Shown: positions 1 to 9,076 of the stretch, piece by piece
Layout of the letters: each line of letters starts with the position of its first letter
Position numbering within the stretch: position 1 is the first letter of the stretch
NCBI GenBank assembly: GCA_037444485.1
Contig: JBBIMI010000002.1
Span: forward strand, 9,794-73,793
Direction: 5' to 3'
Length of the DNA: 64,000 nucleotides
Origin: Candidatus Micrarchaeota archaeon
GTDB taxonomy: Archaea; Micrarchaeota; Micrarchaeia; Norongarragalinales; Norongarragalinaceae
Position numbers and translations under genes: made by a program
Notes under the pieces: generated by a model
The model's database searches: none
Told to the model about the DNA's origin: nothing
Seen by the model: only the letters and a program-made list of their open reading frames with translations

Positions 1-788
1 GCAACGAGACCTTCCTGCAGAACGCTTCCTTTGAAGCCAGCTTTCTCAAGCGCCGCCGCGAGTTTTCTCGCGCCGCGCGAGTGCAGGTAAACCATAGTCT
101 CGCCTACCGTCTTCTTCAACTCGTCCGACGTTCCCAGCGCCTTTATGCGTCCCGAGTCGATGATCGCGATTTTGTCACACAACTCGTCCGCCTCTTCCAA
201 ATAATGCGTCGTCAACACCATCGAAACTCCCTGCGCCTTCAATTTCCGCAAATACTCCCAAATGTGGCGCCGAGTCTGCGGGTCTAGGCCTAGAGTCGGT
301 TCGTCAAGGAACAAAACGCGAGGAGTGTGCAGCAAACCCCGCGCGATTTCCAGCCTTCGACGCATTCCGCCAGAGTAAGTTTTCACGAGCTTGTCCGACC
401 AGTCGCTTAATTCGACGAGTTCGAGCACTTCCTTGATTTTCTGCTTTCGGTCGCCGCCGCTCATTCCGTAAAGCCTGCCGTGAATGTCAAGATTGTCAAA
501 GCCGGTCAAGTGCGTGTCGAGCGTAGAATCTTGAAAAACTATTCCAATGCTTTTGCGCACGTCAAGCGGCTTTTTCACGACGTCGAAGCCATTCACGACA
601 GCATAACCGCTGGAAGGCGTTAAAATCGTGGACAGCATGTAGATAGTCGTGCTTTTGCCAGCTCCATTCGGCCCGAGCAATCCGAACAATTCGCCCTCGC
701 GAATGTTCAAGTCGATGCCGTCGACTGCGGTGAAATCCCCGAATTTTTTGGTCAGCTTAACCGCGTCAATAACGTTGGATTCTTGCAC
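1..788 (-). CDS. ABC transporter ATP-binding protein (multidrug/DrrA-like), runs off the window start
   Basis: Translated manually because it is absent from the ORF track: GTG at 788; Walker A GPNGAGKST, signature YSGGMRRRL, Walker B LFLDEPT, H-loop LTTHY; frame open to base 1. Confidence 0.93.
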   Translation of the reverse strand, partial: MQESNVIDAVKLTKKFGDFTAVDGIDLNIREGELFGLLGPNGAGKSTTIYMLSTILTPSSGYAVVNGFDVVKKPLDVRKSIGIVFQDSTLDTHLTGFDNLDIHGRLYGMSGGDRKQKIKEVLELVELSDWSDKLVKTYSGGMRRRLEIARGLLHTPRVLFLDEPTLGLDPQTRRHIWEYLRKLKAQGVSMVLTTHYLEEADELCDKIAIIDSGRIKALGTSDELKKTVGETMVYLHSRGARKLAAALEKAGFKGSVLQEGLV

Positions 789-840
789 TTCAAAACACCA
801 GTCTAATTGATTTGCGCAACTTGACTTGAAATTAGCAACT

Positions 841-1464
841 TTACTTTAAGACCTTCCCTGTTTTTAAAAACCACAGACACAAATCCAACTCTCCCTGCGT
901 CAAACGCGTTTTCTCACACAACCCCTCCAGCTTTCGCTCGATCTCCAAGTACCTTCTCGGCGTTACTGGCATCAATTTCGCTGAAGCAATTATCCCATGC
1001 TCGCGCAGCGCGCGGAGCACGTGCCTGTCGAGAATCGCCACGTTCTTGAAGCCCACGTTCCGCAGAAAGTGGCTGGCTTCCTTCCAGCCGACGCCGCGCG
1101 CGTTCGCGACAAGCCATTCCCTCGCGCGCTTCTCGTCCCGAAAGCCAAGAATTTTTTTCTTCAACTCGCGCGAAGTGAATTTCTTCCGCGCTTCAACGAT
1201 GTACCGCGCTTTCTTGCGGTAAAAACGACATCCGCTCTCGCGCAGCCATTTCCGCAATTGCGCTTCGCTCGCGCTGCGCAGCCTGCCGGCGGACTTTTTC
1301 TCGAAGCGCAAGCCCGCTTCGGCTGAAGCGTTGGCCGTCGAAATGCAGAAGCAGAGTTCTGCCAGCCAATTCTTGTTTTTCTCGAATTCCCGCATTCGCT
1401 TTCGAATCAAGCGCGCTACACGCGTTTTCTTCAAGGCAAGAATTTTCGCGGTTATGTCATTCAA
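841..1464 (-). CDS. ogg: N-glycosylase/DNA lyase (8-oxoguanine glycosylase, Ogg2 type)
   Basis: ELCFCISTAN, HhH GVGWKEASHFLRNVG, ILDRHVLR, C-terminal KTGKVLK; TTG start behind GGAGG. Confidence 0.92.
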   Translation of the reverse strand: MNDITAKILALKKTRVARLIRKRMREFEKNKNWLAELCFCISTANASAEAGLRFEKKSAGRLRSASEAQLRKWLRESGCRFYRKKARYIVEARKKFTSRELKKKILGFRDEKRAREWLVANARGVGWKEASHFLRNVGFKNVAILDRHVLRALREHGIIASAKLMPVTPRRYLEIERKLEGLCEKTRLTQGELDLCLWFLKTGKVLK

Positions 1465-1557
1465 AAAAAAGCAATCCTCCACTTATTTAAATTTGCTTGA
1501 CGTAATAAAAAAATCTTTTCGAACATCAAGCCTGTCTGTGATTTGTGAGGTGGTTTC

Positions 1558-1866
1558 GTGTTGGGATTCATGCAGGAATTCAAAGAGTTTCTGAAAAAAT
1601 ACCAGGTTTTGGGTCTGGCAGTCGCATTCATCATAGGCGCTGCTTCGACCAAATTCGTTACCGCGCTCGTGAACGACATCATAATGCCCGTGATAAGCGT
1701 CGCGATTCCAGGCGGAGACTGGCGCTCTTCTGTTTTACAGCTCGGGCCCGTCAAGCTGCTCGTCGGCGATTTCGTAGGCGCGCTCATCGACTTTCTCATA
1801 ATCGCTTTCGTAGTCTTCATGATAGTCAAACTCATCATGAAGGAAGACGCTGCCAAAAAGAGGTGA
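1558..1866 (+). CDS. mscL: Large-conductance mechanosensitive channel
   Basis: EFKEFL, LAVAFIIGAA, LVNDIIMP, GDFVGALIDFLII. Confidence 0.93.
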   Translation: MLGFMQEFKEFLKKYQVLGLAVAFIIGAASTKFVTALVNDIIMPVISVAIPGGDWRSSVLQLGPVKLLVGDFVGALIDFLIIAFVVFMIVKLIMKEDAAKKR

Positions 1867-1870
1867 TTGA

Positions 1871-2371
1871 CTGAAAAGCAAAGATTATTGGAAGCTCGCC
1901 GCGAGCGTGTTCGTCAGTCTCTCTGCAGGCGTTATAGGCGGCTTCTTTACTTCTCCCTCGATCCCCGCGTGGTACGCTTCGCTCGCAAAACCGTATTTCA
2001 ACCCTCCGAATTGGGTGTTCGGCCCCGTATGGACGATTCTGTACATCCTGATGGGCGTGGCGTTTTTCCTAGTCTGGCGCAAGAGCGGAAGAAGGGAGGG
2101 AAAGGATGGGAGGAAAAGCAAGTACTTCAACACCGCTGCAGCGTTGTTCGGAATACAGTTGGCGTTGAACGCGTTGTGGTCCATCGTGTTCTTCGGAATG
2201 CATTCCATCGGCGGAGCGCTTGCAGTAATAGGCCTGCTTTGGCTGGCAATACTCGCGAACATTGTGTGGTTCTGGCGTTCTTCCCGCGCCGCGGCGTTGC
2301 TTTTAGTGCCTTACATCGCGTGGGTTAGTTTCGCGTCATTCTTGAACTACGTCATTTGGACGCTGAATTGA
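1871..2371 (+). CDS. tspO: TspO/MBR family tryptophan-rich sensory protein
   Basis: WYASLAKP-PPNWVFGPVWTILY, LNALWSIVFFG, PYIAWVSFA; probable CTG start at 1871 after AGGTGA (track start 1907). Confidence 0.92.
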   Translation: MKSKDYWKLAASVFVSLSAGVIGGFFTSPSIPAWYASLAKPYFNPPNWVFGPVWTILYILMGVAFFLVWRKSGRREGKDGRKSKYFNTAAALFGIQLALNALWSIVFFGMHSIGGALAVIGLLWLAILANIVWFWRSSRAAALLLVPYIAWVSFASFLNYVIWTLN

Positions 2372-2432
2372 GTCGAGGTTTAAAAAAAATCGTGGGAAAG
2401 ACTGGCGTTAGCTACAGAAGACCGGGGGGTAC

Positions 2433-3140
2433 GTGCCAAGCGAAGCATGGCCAAGGCAGTTGAATAATCTTGAATTCTTACAACAGCAGTTGGAGAAGAC
2501 CATCCGCTCTAGACGCCAGATTCATAAGAAGCTCATGAATGCAGTTCTTGATTCGATTAAAAAATCGGCTGACAGTAAAAACATCACTGTCCACAATAAG
2601 GCCGCCGATCTTTTGCTTCTTGCCGCCAAAGCGCCTGGAACGCACCTGCCTAAGGTGGTTAAGTATGCCGCGCTCGGACTCGAACAAAGCAATCCTTACG
2701 TCGCGCACTGTTCGGCGAGTGTTTTGAGCGAGGCTGCAAAGCACAGAGGAAAGCATTTGGATGGCGTGCTGAAAAAAGCCTTCAACACCGTCGTAAAAAA
2801 AAGATATATGGACTTGAAGCTGGACGCTCGAATCCGCGCGAAGTGCGCCGAGGCGCTGGCGAACATCGCCAGTTTTGGCGACAAGCGCGCGGGAACCGCT
2901 ATTCTTGCGCTGGTTGATTACGCCGAAAGCTTGGGCAGCCTCGATGAAAGAAACTTGGAGCAAAAACGGCGCGTCGATAACGGCTACAGCATAGTTCAAG
3001 AGGGCTTCAATAAATTGGGAAATAAGAAAATCGGCGAAATCGTCGAAAAATTTTCGCCGAAAGACAAGCGGCGGTTTGAAAACCTGAAGAAGACGCTTGC
3101 CGAATGGAAGAAAAGAATTCCTCCAGAGTCCTTAATTTAA
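2433..3140 (+). CDS. Hypothetical all-helical (HEAT/ARM-like) protein
   Basis: 235-aa ORF with amphipathic helical repeats (e.g. IRAKCAEALANIA); no recognised catalytic motif. Confidence 0.6.
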   Translation: MPSEAWPRQLNNLEFLQQQLEKTIRSRRQIHKKLMNAVLDSIKKSADSKNITVHNKAADLLLLAAKAPGTHLPKVVKYAALGLEQSNPYVAHCSASVLSEAAKHRGKHLDGVLKKAFNTVVKKRYMDLKLDARIRAKCAEALANIASFGDKRAGTAILALVDYAESLGSLDERNLEQKRRVDNGYSIVQEGFNKLGNKKIGEIVEKFSPKDKRRFENLKKTLAEWKKRIPPESLI

Positions 3141-3421
3141 ACGAATCGAAATCCGCCGGCGGGAATTAGAAAAAGAAATCAGACTTTGTGGGAATAAGCA
3201 GATTCTTCGCCCCACCTGCACTTGGGGTTCTGCGGTTTTTTGCGCTTGCTCGGATAACTCATGGAAAACCCGTTGGTTATTGTGAACGTCCTAGCATAAT
3301 AAGGTACCGAGAGAGGCATTTTCGCTTCAAGCGCGGCGAACCCCGACGAACCGTTTACCCTAGCATCTTGGCTAGTTAATACGACAATGATGACAAAAAT
3401 GACGCGAGGAGATCTAGAGTT

Positions 3422-3544
3422 ATGATTGATATAGATTTAATTGTAAAATTTCTTTTTTCGCATTTGGAAGAAGAAGTTATAGTAATACTATTCTTAGTGA
3501 TTATTTGGTTCATTTACAAATGCGTAGTACGCAGAGTTTGCTAA
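3422..3544 (+). CDS. Putative 40-aa single-TM small protein
   Basis: MIDIDLIVKFLFSHLEEEVIVILFLVIIWFIYKCVVRRVC; GAGGAG upstream; below the ORF-track cutoff. Confidence 0.35.
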   Translation: MIDIDLIVKFLFSHLEEEVIVILFLVIIWFIYKCVVRRVC

Positions 3545-3589
3545 ATATAACTTTAGAGGAGTTGGCGGGCGCTGAACCTTTTGTCAAAG

Positions 3590-3662
3590 CGCCTTGGCCG
3601 GGATTTGAACCCGGGTCTCGGGCTCGACAAGCCCGAATGCTAGGCCGCTACACTACCAAGGC
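3590..3662 (-). tRNA. tRNA-Asp(GTC)
   Basis: Cloverleaf GCCTTGG...CCAAGGC-G, anticodon loop TTGTCGA, T loop TTCAAAT. Confidence 0.96.
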
Positions 3663-3685
3663 GCTTCGAGAACGAACGAGGATTA

Positions 3686-4624
3686 CTAGCTGAAAATTTT
3701 TAGAGTCTTTCTTTTTAAAACCGTTTGGGGCGCTTTTTTCTCTTTTTCGTTTTTTCTTATTTTTTTCTTTGTTTTCTCTTTCTTTTTTCTTTTCATTTTT
3801 TCTTGTTTTTTCTTTGTTTTTTTTTGAAGCATTCTTAATTTGATTTTCTTTAGTGCCTTCAAACGTTGTTTAAGGAATTTAAACATGGGTTCGTCAACAA
3901 CTAGGACTTGTTTGAGTGACTTGGTTCCGTGCGGGCCGAAATTTACTAGCGCGTAAGCAAGCGAAAGCAATCCGCCAAACGAGGTTGAAGAAACGTTGAA
4001 GACTCGGCCGCGTGCTTTCCTAGGTGGTTTTTCTGGAGGGTGAACTATTACTGTCAAAGGAGCTTGTTTTTCAGGGTTTGGAGCAATTAAGTCAAGAGTT
4101 TCAAGCACTTGCCCTGGCTCGAGTTTTTTTTCCAAGACAGCTTCAGCCACTCTTCTCGCGACCTCCTCTGAAATGCGCGCGTCTGAACAAATTCTTGCGG
4201 AAACAAAAAATTTTTTCGGCAGGTTGCTTAAGTTGGTTGCGCCTACAAGCTTGGTTTTTCCTTCCTCGTGGGAGTAAACAGCGATTATTGCCCGCAACCC
4301 GTTTTTCTCCGCTGTTTCAAACAAGTTTTCAGCGTGCTTTTGAGCGTCGTCCGGCAAGTTTAACTCTAAAACTTTTTTCAACAGCGATTCTTTACGCATG
4401 CCAAAATACTTGCTTGGATTCAAACCCAATTTTTTTAATTCACTCCATAGTTCTTCAACGGTTTTTTTCGCGTGTTGCTTGTTCAAGTGTTCGAGCGCGC
4501 CGCAGCCGACGCCTGAATTAAACTTGCCTTCATGCACTAAGTATACTGTAACATGGTTTTTTGGTGGAAGGTTTTCTGGCGCTATCGCTGTTCCAGCGAT
4601 TCCGTGAATCGTCTTCAACTTCAA
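3686..4624 (-). CDS. Beta-carbonic-anhydrase-like protein with permuted motif order and Lys-rich tail
   Basis: TTG at 4624 behind GGAGG (the track start overlaps tRNA-Tyr); motifs LVHEG...GCGA, YSHEEG, ICSDARI, GRVFNV, SLAYAL. Confidence 0.55.
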   Translation of the reverse strand: MKLKTIHGIAGTAIAPENLPPKNHVTVYLVHEGKFNSGVGCGALEHLNKQHAKKTVEELWSELKKLGLNPSKYFGMRKESLLKKVLELNLPDDAQKHAENLFETAEKNGLRAIIAVYSHEEGKTKLVGATNLSNLPKKFFVSARICSDARISEEVARRVAEAVLEKKLEPGQVLETLDLIAPNPEKQAPLTVIVHPPEKPPRKARGRVFNVSSTSFGGLLSLAYALVNFGPHGTKSLKQVLVVDEPMFKFLKQRLKALKKIKLRMLQKKTKKKQEKMKRKKKEKTKKKIRKNEKEKKAPQTVLKRKTLKIFS

Positions 4625-4678
4625 ACAGAATTCCTCCAAAAGCTTTGTTAATTTTTTTAAACTCGTTTTTTTAGTGAG

Positions 4679-4823
4679 TCCCGCTGGCCGGATTTGAACC
4701 GGCAACACCCTGATTTCCGCGCTCGCGCGCGTTTTCTTTAACCAAATTTTCTTTTTTCTTTTTTTGAAAAAAGAAAATTTGCAGGCTACAGTCAGGTGCT
4801 CTGCCAGATTGAGCTACAGCGGG
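4679..4823 (-). tRNA. tRNA-Tyr(GTA) with 71-nt intron at 37/38 (4715-4785)
   Basis: CCCGCTG/CAGCGGG-A acceptor (C1-G72), anticodon GTA, BHB helix CTGT/GCGG with 3-nt bulges. Confidence 0.95.
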
Positions 4824-4943
4824 AATTTCGCGGAGTTATAAAAGCCTTGTGAAAGACGCATATTTTTTGGGTGTAATTCCTTAAAAAGAATAAAGATATA
4901 CAAATGAATACCTTAAAAAACGAGTAGCAACTCAATTTTTTTC

Positions 4944-6506
4944 ATGAGAGACCCGCTAGAAGCCGCGTTGTCCGCAGCCGCAGTGTTAGCGCTTGCTTTC
5001 ATTCCGTTGCTTGCGTTTTCCGGTTTTTCGAATGCTTTAACTGCAGAGGAAGCCGGCGGTTTCTACGCGAATCCAGGCGAGAGCGTGACGGTCACGCTTT
5101 TTTCAAGCGAAGGAGTTAATTATGCGATGGTTAAACTCGGCGGGGTTGAATCAGTAATCCTGCGCGAGGTTGACGGCGATTACCAAGCAGAGTTGGATTC
5201 CGCAAAGTATTCCGTTCTTGTTAAAGCGTACTTGAGCGCCCAGTTCGACGCGCTTGGATTTGCGTCAAAAGCAGCTGGCGTGAAGTCAAACTTTAACGCG
5301 ATTCAAAACGAGGAAGCGAATTGCATTAAGGCCGCGAAGACCTTCTTAGTCCGCGTGCACACGACGGTGCCTTACGTCTACATTTACGCTGCTGGCGTAA
5401 CGACGTTCGCGGCGGAACGAAACGCGACTAACGACTTGAATGCGACGCTTCCAAGTTTCGAAAGCGCCTTCAACAGCTTGAGCAACAGTGTTTCTGTTCT
5501 CGACCAAGCGGTTTCAAGCCGCGATGTTGAAGTGACGGTCTCAACGCTGTCAACGATAAACGCGAAAGCAAAGGAATTCAAGACGCTTTTCCAAAAGGTT
5601 TCAAGCGACCATGCAGTAATAATACCAAATTTTCCACACGCGTTTTTTTTGAACGGAAACCCGAACAACTGCGCGCTTGAAGCCAACGAAAGCACTGCAA
5701 TCGACGCGATAATTTCTTCGAGTGACGTTGGTCCACTCAAAAGCGTGAGCGAAATGGCGGCTTACATTGACTCGAAGACTAAGGAAAGACACTCCACTGC
5801 TTTAAACAAAATGCTTGCTGCGAGCCAAGAGCAAGCGCTTGCAAGCTATTCAAAGAAAGTGAGCGACTTGCGTGACGCTTACAAAACAGTTGCAGAGAAA
5901 GCAGGATTCAACGCGGTTTCCCTCGACGCGCTGTTGAAAAAGTACGGTGAACTCAACACGCTTTACCAAAGCGTGAAAAACGCGAGCGGCGGCGAAAACA
6001 CTGGCGCGGTCAAAGAACAGTTTAAAGAGAAAAGCAGAGAACTCGACTCGCTTGCTTCCTCTTACAATGCAACCCTCGAAGATTACAATGCGAGCTTGGT
6101 TGCTGTAAGCAACGCCAGCACGCAAATCAACAATGCGGTTCGCAGGTACGGGACCGGCGACGCGCGCGTTTCCGGACTGCAGAAAGAACTTCAGGAACTG
6201 CGATTGTCACTCAAAGCAAACGAAGACAAGTTGAAAAACGCGTTGTTCACGCAAATCGCTTTCAAAGCGCTCGCGCAAAACGCGTCGAACCTCGCGCTTC
6301 GCGCGGCAATGCTCCCACCGAAGGAAAGCGAGTTCGACTTCGTGCTGCTCGGCGGGGTTATCGTGCTCGTCGCAGCGTTCGCTTACGCAATATTTTATCT
6401 GCGCAAGAAACGCCCGCCGCGCGAGACAGGCCTGCCCGTAGGACGCGTTGAGTTCGCGGAAAAAATTCAAGTCGGACCAGGCAGCAGCGGCAGCAGCAGC
6501 GTTTAA
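4944..6506 (+). CDS. Secreted coiled-coil protein with C-terminal membrane anchor
   Basis: N-terminal signal peptide, long Ala/Ser/Lys heptad-like helices, C-terminal TM followed by RKKR. Confidence 0.75.
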   Translation: MRDPLEAALSAAAVLALAFIPLLAFSGFSNALTAEEAGGFYANPGESVTVTLFSSEGVNYAMVKLGGVESVILREVDGDYQAELDSAKYSVLVKAYLSAQFDALGFASKAAGVKSNFNAIQNEEANCIKAAKTFLVRVHTTVPYVYIYAAGVTTFAAERNATNDLNATLPSFESAFNSLSNSVSVLDQAVSSRDVEVTVSTLSTINAKAKEFKTLFQKVSSDHAVIIPNFPHAFFLNGNPNNCALEANESTAIDAIISSSDVGPLKSVSEMAAYIDSKTKERHSTALNKMLAASQEQALASYSKKVSDLRDAYKTVAEKAGFNAVSLDALLKKYGELNTLYQSVKNASGGENTGAVKEQFKEKSRELDSLASSYNATLEDYNASLVAVSNASTQINNAVRRYGTGDARVSGLQKELQELRLSLKANEDKLKNALFTQIAFKALAQNASNLALRAAMLPPKESEFDFVLLGGVIVLVAAFAYAIFYLRKKRPPRETGLPVGRVEFAEKIQVGPGSSGSSSV

Positions 6507-6582
6507 ATTTTTTCTTTTTTTATTTTTCAACTTGGTTTTCGTTTTAGTTTTCTTTAGTTTTCGAGAGAAGGCGATTAAAAAG

Positions 6583-6655
6583 TGGGGAGACCGAGATTCG
6601 AACTCGGGTCTCCAGCTCCCAAAGCTGGCAGGATGCCAAGCTACCCCATCTCCCC
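6583..6655 (-). tRNA. tRNA-Pro(TGG)
   Basis: GGGGAGA/TCTCCCC-A acceptor, anticodon loop TTTGGGA, T loop TTCGAAT. Confidence 0.96.
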
Positions 6656-6729
6656 CAAAAACTTGCAGTAAGTTTATAACATCATTTATAGCGTCGCGTG
6701 GTTAAAAAAAGCGCGGCGGGTTACTGGAA

Positions 6730-7635
6730 TCACTTTTTGCTTGCTGCAACGCGTCCGCGCGGCTTGGGAATCTTTAACTCCGGAAACGCGGAGTTCAATG
6801 CGTCTAAAGTCGCGAAAGGCGCATAGCCGGAATACTCGAATACGCGGTCTAAAAACAATTGGAGCGCGAGCCGCGGCTTGCGCGGGCTTAACGTAGAGAT
6901 TTTCGCTTCCACGCCTTCGCCAGCAACGCATGAAAGCATTTGCTGGAGTTTCGAGAAAGACTTGCGTTCGCTGAAGTTCTTCAAAAACGATTCAACGAGC
7001 GAAGAGAATTGTTGTGCTTGCATTGTCGAGTCGAAAGCGAGTTCTGAAAGCTTTTTTTCTATCGAGAGAAAGCTCGAGGCGAGAAAGTAAAACGTTTCCT
7101 TTAGTTCGGCGCCTGCGGCGGCTTTCTTCACTACGCGCCAGGATTCGAAGTCTGCAGCGAGCATGCATTTTCCGCCGGCTTCGCTTTTGGCTGTAAATCT
7201 TGAAACGTCAGTTTCATTCGAAAAAAGTTTTTCGTAAAACGCGTTAAGAAAGCAAGCCCACGCGAGCGGCATCGCATCCCGCTTTTTCGGAAGCGAGGCT
7301 TTCGCGTCAACTGCGACTGCAGCTTCGCTGCCTTCGCCAGCATGCGTCCGGAATTCAGGCGAAAGAAAATTTCGTAAGTTGCCTTCAACTTCTGATGGCT
7401 TCAACACGCTTAAAGCATTCGCCAAGCCAGAGAGTGTTGAAGCTTGCGCTGCGTGGGGCGCGGCGAGTGCTTGAATCGCGCGCGCGTCGAAAGGCGCGTA
7501 ATCGAATTGTTTTGTGAGGCAAATCCTGCGCGCGTCTTCAAGGAGTGAACAAACGTTTTCGCGCGTCAGCTGGACGCCTTCAAGTTTTTTTTCGAAAACC
7601 AAGTTTTTCAAGCGGGCTTGAAACAAGACGAACAT
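6730..7635 (-). CDS. Conserved archaeal protein, DUF2666-like (two related domains)
   Basis: Repeated F/L-x-A-x-x-x-x-L/W-V-x-x-K-K openings; C-terminal FPELKIPKPRGR typical of this family. Confidence 0.6.
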   Translation of the reverse strand: MFVLFQARLKNLVFEKKLEGVQLTRENVCSLLEDARRICLTKQFDYAPFDARAIQALAAPHAAQASTLSGLANALSVLKPSEVEGNLRNFLSPEFRTHAGEGSEAAVAVDAKASLPKKRDAMPLAWACFLNAFYEKLFSNETDVSRFTAKSEAGGKCMLAADFESWRVVKKAAAGAELKETFYFLASSFLSIEKKLSELAFDSTMQAQQFSSLVESFLKNFSERKSFSKLQQMLSCVAGEGVEAKISTLSPRKPRLALQLFLDRVFEYSGYAPFATLDALNSAFPELKIPKPRGRVAASKK

Positions 7636-7725
7636 TTTTGATGCGCCACCTTCCACTCTTCAAGCTTGACTTGCTTTACTTGATTGGTTTGTTGACTTGC
7701 TTTACTTGCTTGGGTTTGCTTAGCT

Positions 7726-7989
7726 TTATCGACTTGCTTGGGTTTGTTGTCGAGTTTGAACTTGGCTGCTGATTGCTTCAATTATTTTTCGCGCTGTGGA
7801 ACCAACAGTTGTTTCTGGAACGAAGGCGCCGCCAGCAAATTCAGTGTTGCAAGACTTGCAGCGCCATAACGCGAATCCCACGCGCTTGACGCGTTTTTTT
7901 CCGCATTGCGGGCACGCATGCCGTGCTTTCAGCGCTTCAGTCGCTTTCTTTATGCGTTCCCTGATTTTCTTTCCGTACCGCGAAACCAT
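7726..7989 (-). CDS. rpl37ae: 50S ribosomal protein L37Ae (eL43)
   Basis: RYGKKIR, CPQC...WRCKSC, FAGGAF; ATG at 7989 behind AGGTGA. Confidence 0.95.
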   Translation of the reverse strand: MVSRYGKKIRERIKKATEALKARHACPQCGKKRVKRVGFALWRCKSCNTEFAGGAFVPETTVGSTARKIIEAISSQVQTRQQTQASR

Positions 7990-8089
7990 TGTTTTTTCTT
8001 CACCTTGTTTTCGAAAACAAAAAATCAATAAATCAATTTTTTTTCGAACGCGTTTAAATTTTTCAAACGCGTTTAAACGCTTTCGACTT

Positions 8090-8869
8090 TCAAACGTGTT
8101 CGAGCAGTTCCTTCCGTTTTTCGAAAGCCACATCAATCAATTCAAGCAACTCGCTTTCAGTAAACCCAGCTGCGCCGCTTTTTTGAACAGCGCAAACGTG
8201 CTCGTCGTCGGCAGTCGCGATTGAAACGCGTCCGGAACTCGCGACTTCCTCCTCGTTAGTAGCGTCTAGAACGATTTTCCCGTCGATTTTCTCGAAGGAA
8301 CTCGTCACGACAGTCTTCTTTAACTCGAGGGGACCAACGAATTCGGTGCGCACTAGCGCGCCATTCTCGTACTTCGGTACACGCGCGCTTGCCAGCGCTG
8401 CTGCAGCGGCGAGTGAAGCGCAGTCTACGAGGTTTCCAGAGTGGTCGAGAACATGCAAGTCGATGAATACGCCCATGACTTTCTCGCCTGGAATCCCGAT
8501 TTTGCCGAGCGCCTGCAAGTCGATTGCTCCAGCGCTGCGGATTCCCCTGTCTATTACGCGCGCGAGTTCAATGCTGTTCTCGTTTGGAGGGCCTGGCTCG
8601 AATTCCGGGTGCGCGATTGGCGAGAATTCGGCGTTGACTATGAACACGCCTTCGTCAAGACGGTCCGGGAAAGGCGCAAGCAAATCGAATTTTACTGCAG
8701 CGATGACTTTAGTGTCGCCGATGCGTGCGAACGCGCTGCCCTCGTCGTTCGGCAAATAGTTTTTCTGCGCGCTGACTTCCCGGTATTGCATGAATTTCCT
8801 TCCGTCCAGGCGCTTGTTCTTCGACAGCAGGTCTTTAATGAAAGCTTCCTTTACTTCGTCTAAAATCAT
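8090..8869 (-). CDS. rrp42: Exosome complex component Rrp42
   Basis: RLDGRKFMQYR, PFPDRLDEG, FEPGPPNENSIELARVIDRGIR; operon context. Confidence 0.96.
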   Translation of the reverse strand: MILDEVKEAFIKDLLSKNKRLDGRKFMQYREVSAQKNYLPNDEGSAFARIGDTKVIAAVKFDLLAPFPDRLDEGVFIVNAEFSPIAHPEFEPGPPNENSIELARVIDRGIRSAGAIDLQALGKIGIPGEKVMGVFIDLHVLDHSGNLVDCASLAAAAALASARVPKYENGALVRTEFVGPLELKKTVVTSSFEKIDGKIVLDATNEEEVASSGRVSIATADDEHVCAVQKSGAAGFTESELLELIDVAFEKRKELLEHV

Positions 8870-9076
8870 TTCTTTAAAACCACCTTTTTTGAAAAGCGCG
8901 GTAAAATAAAAATGCGGTAATCATTTTGTTATTGAAAACCATTTTCAGCATTTCACGTTCACTTTTTCCCTCGCGCCAGAATTCTTTTCCCACACCAACA
9001 TTTCATTTTTTTCTCGCACTTTACTTTCCCTTGCCTTACTTTCTTTACTTTCTCTTACCCTTTTCTCTCCCTTGCC

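Noticed and set aside
4625..4708. ORF-track N-terminus of the 340-aa ORF
   Set aside because: It overlaps tRNA-Tyr; the SD-led TTG at 4624 is the plausible start
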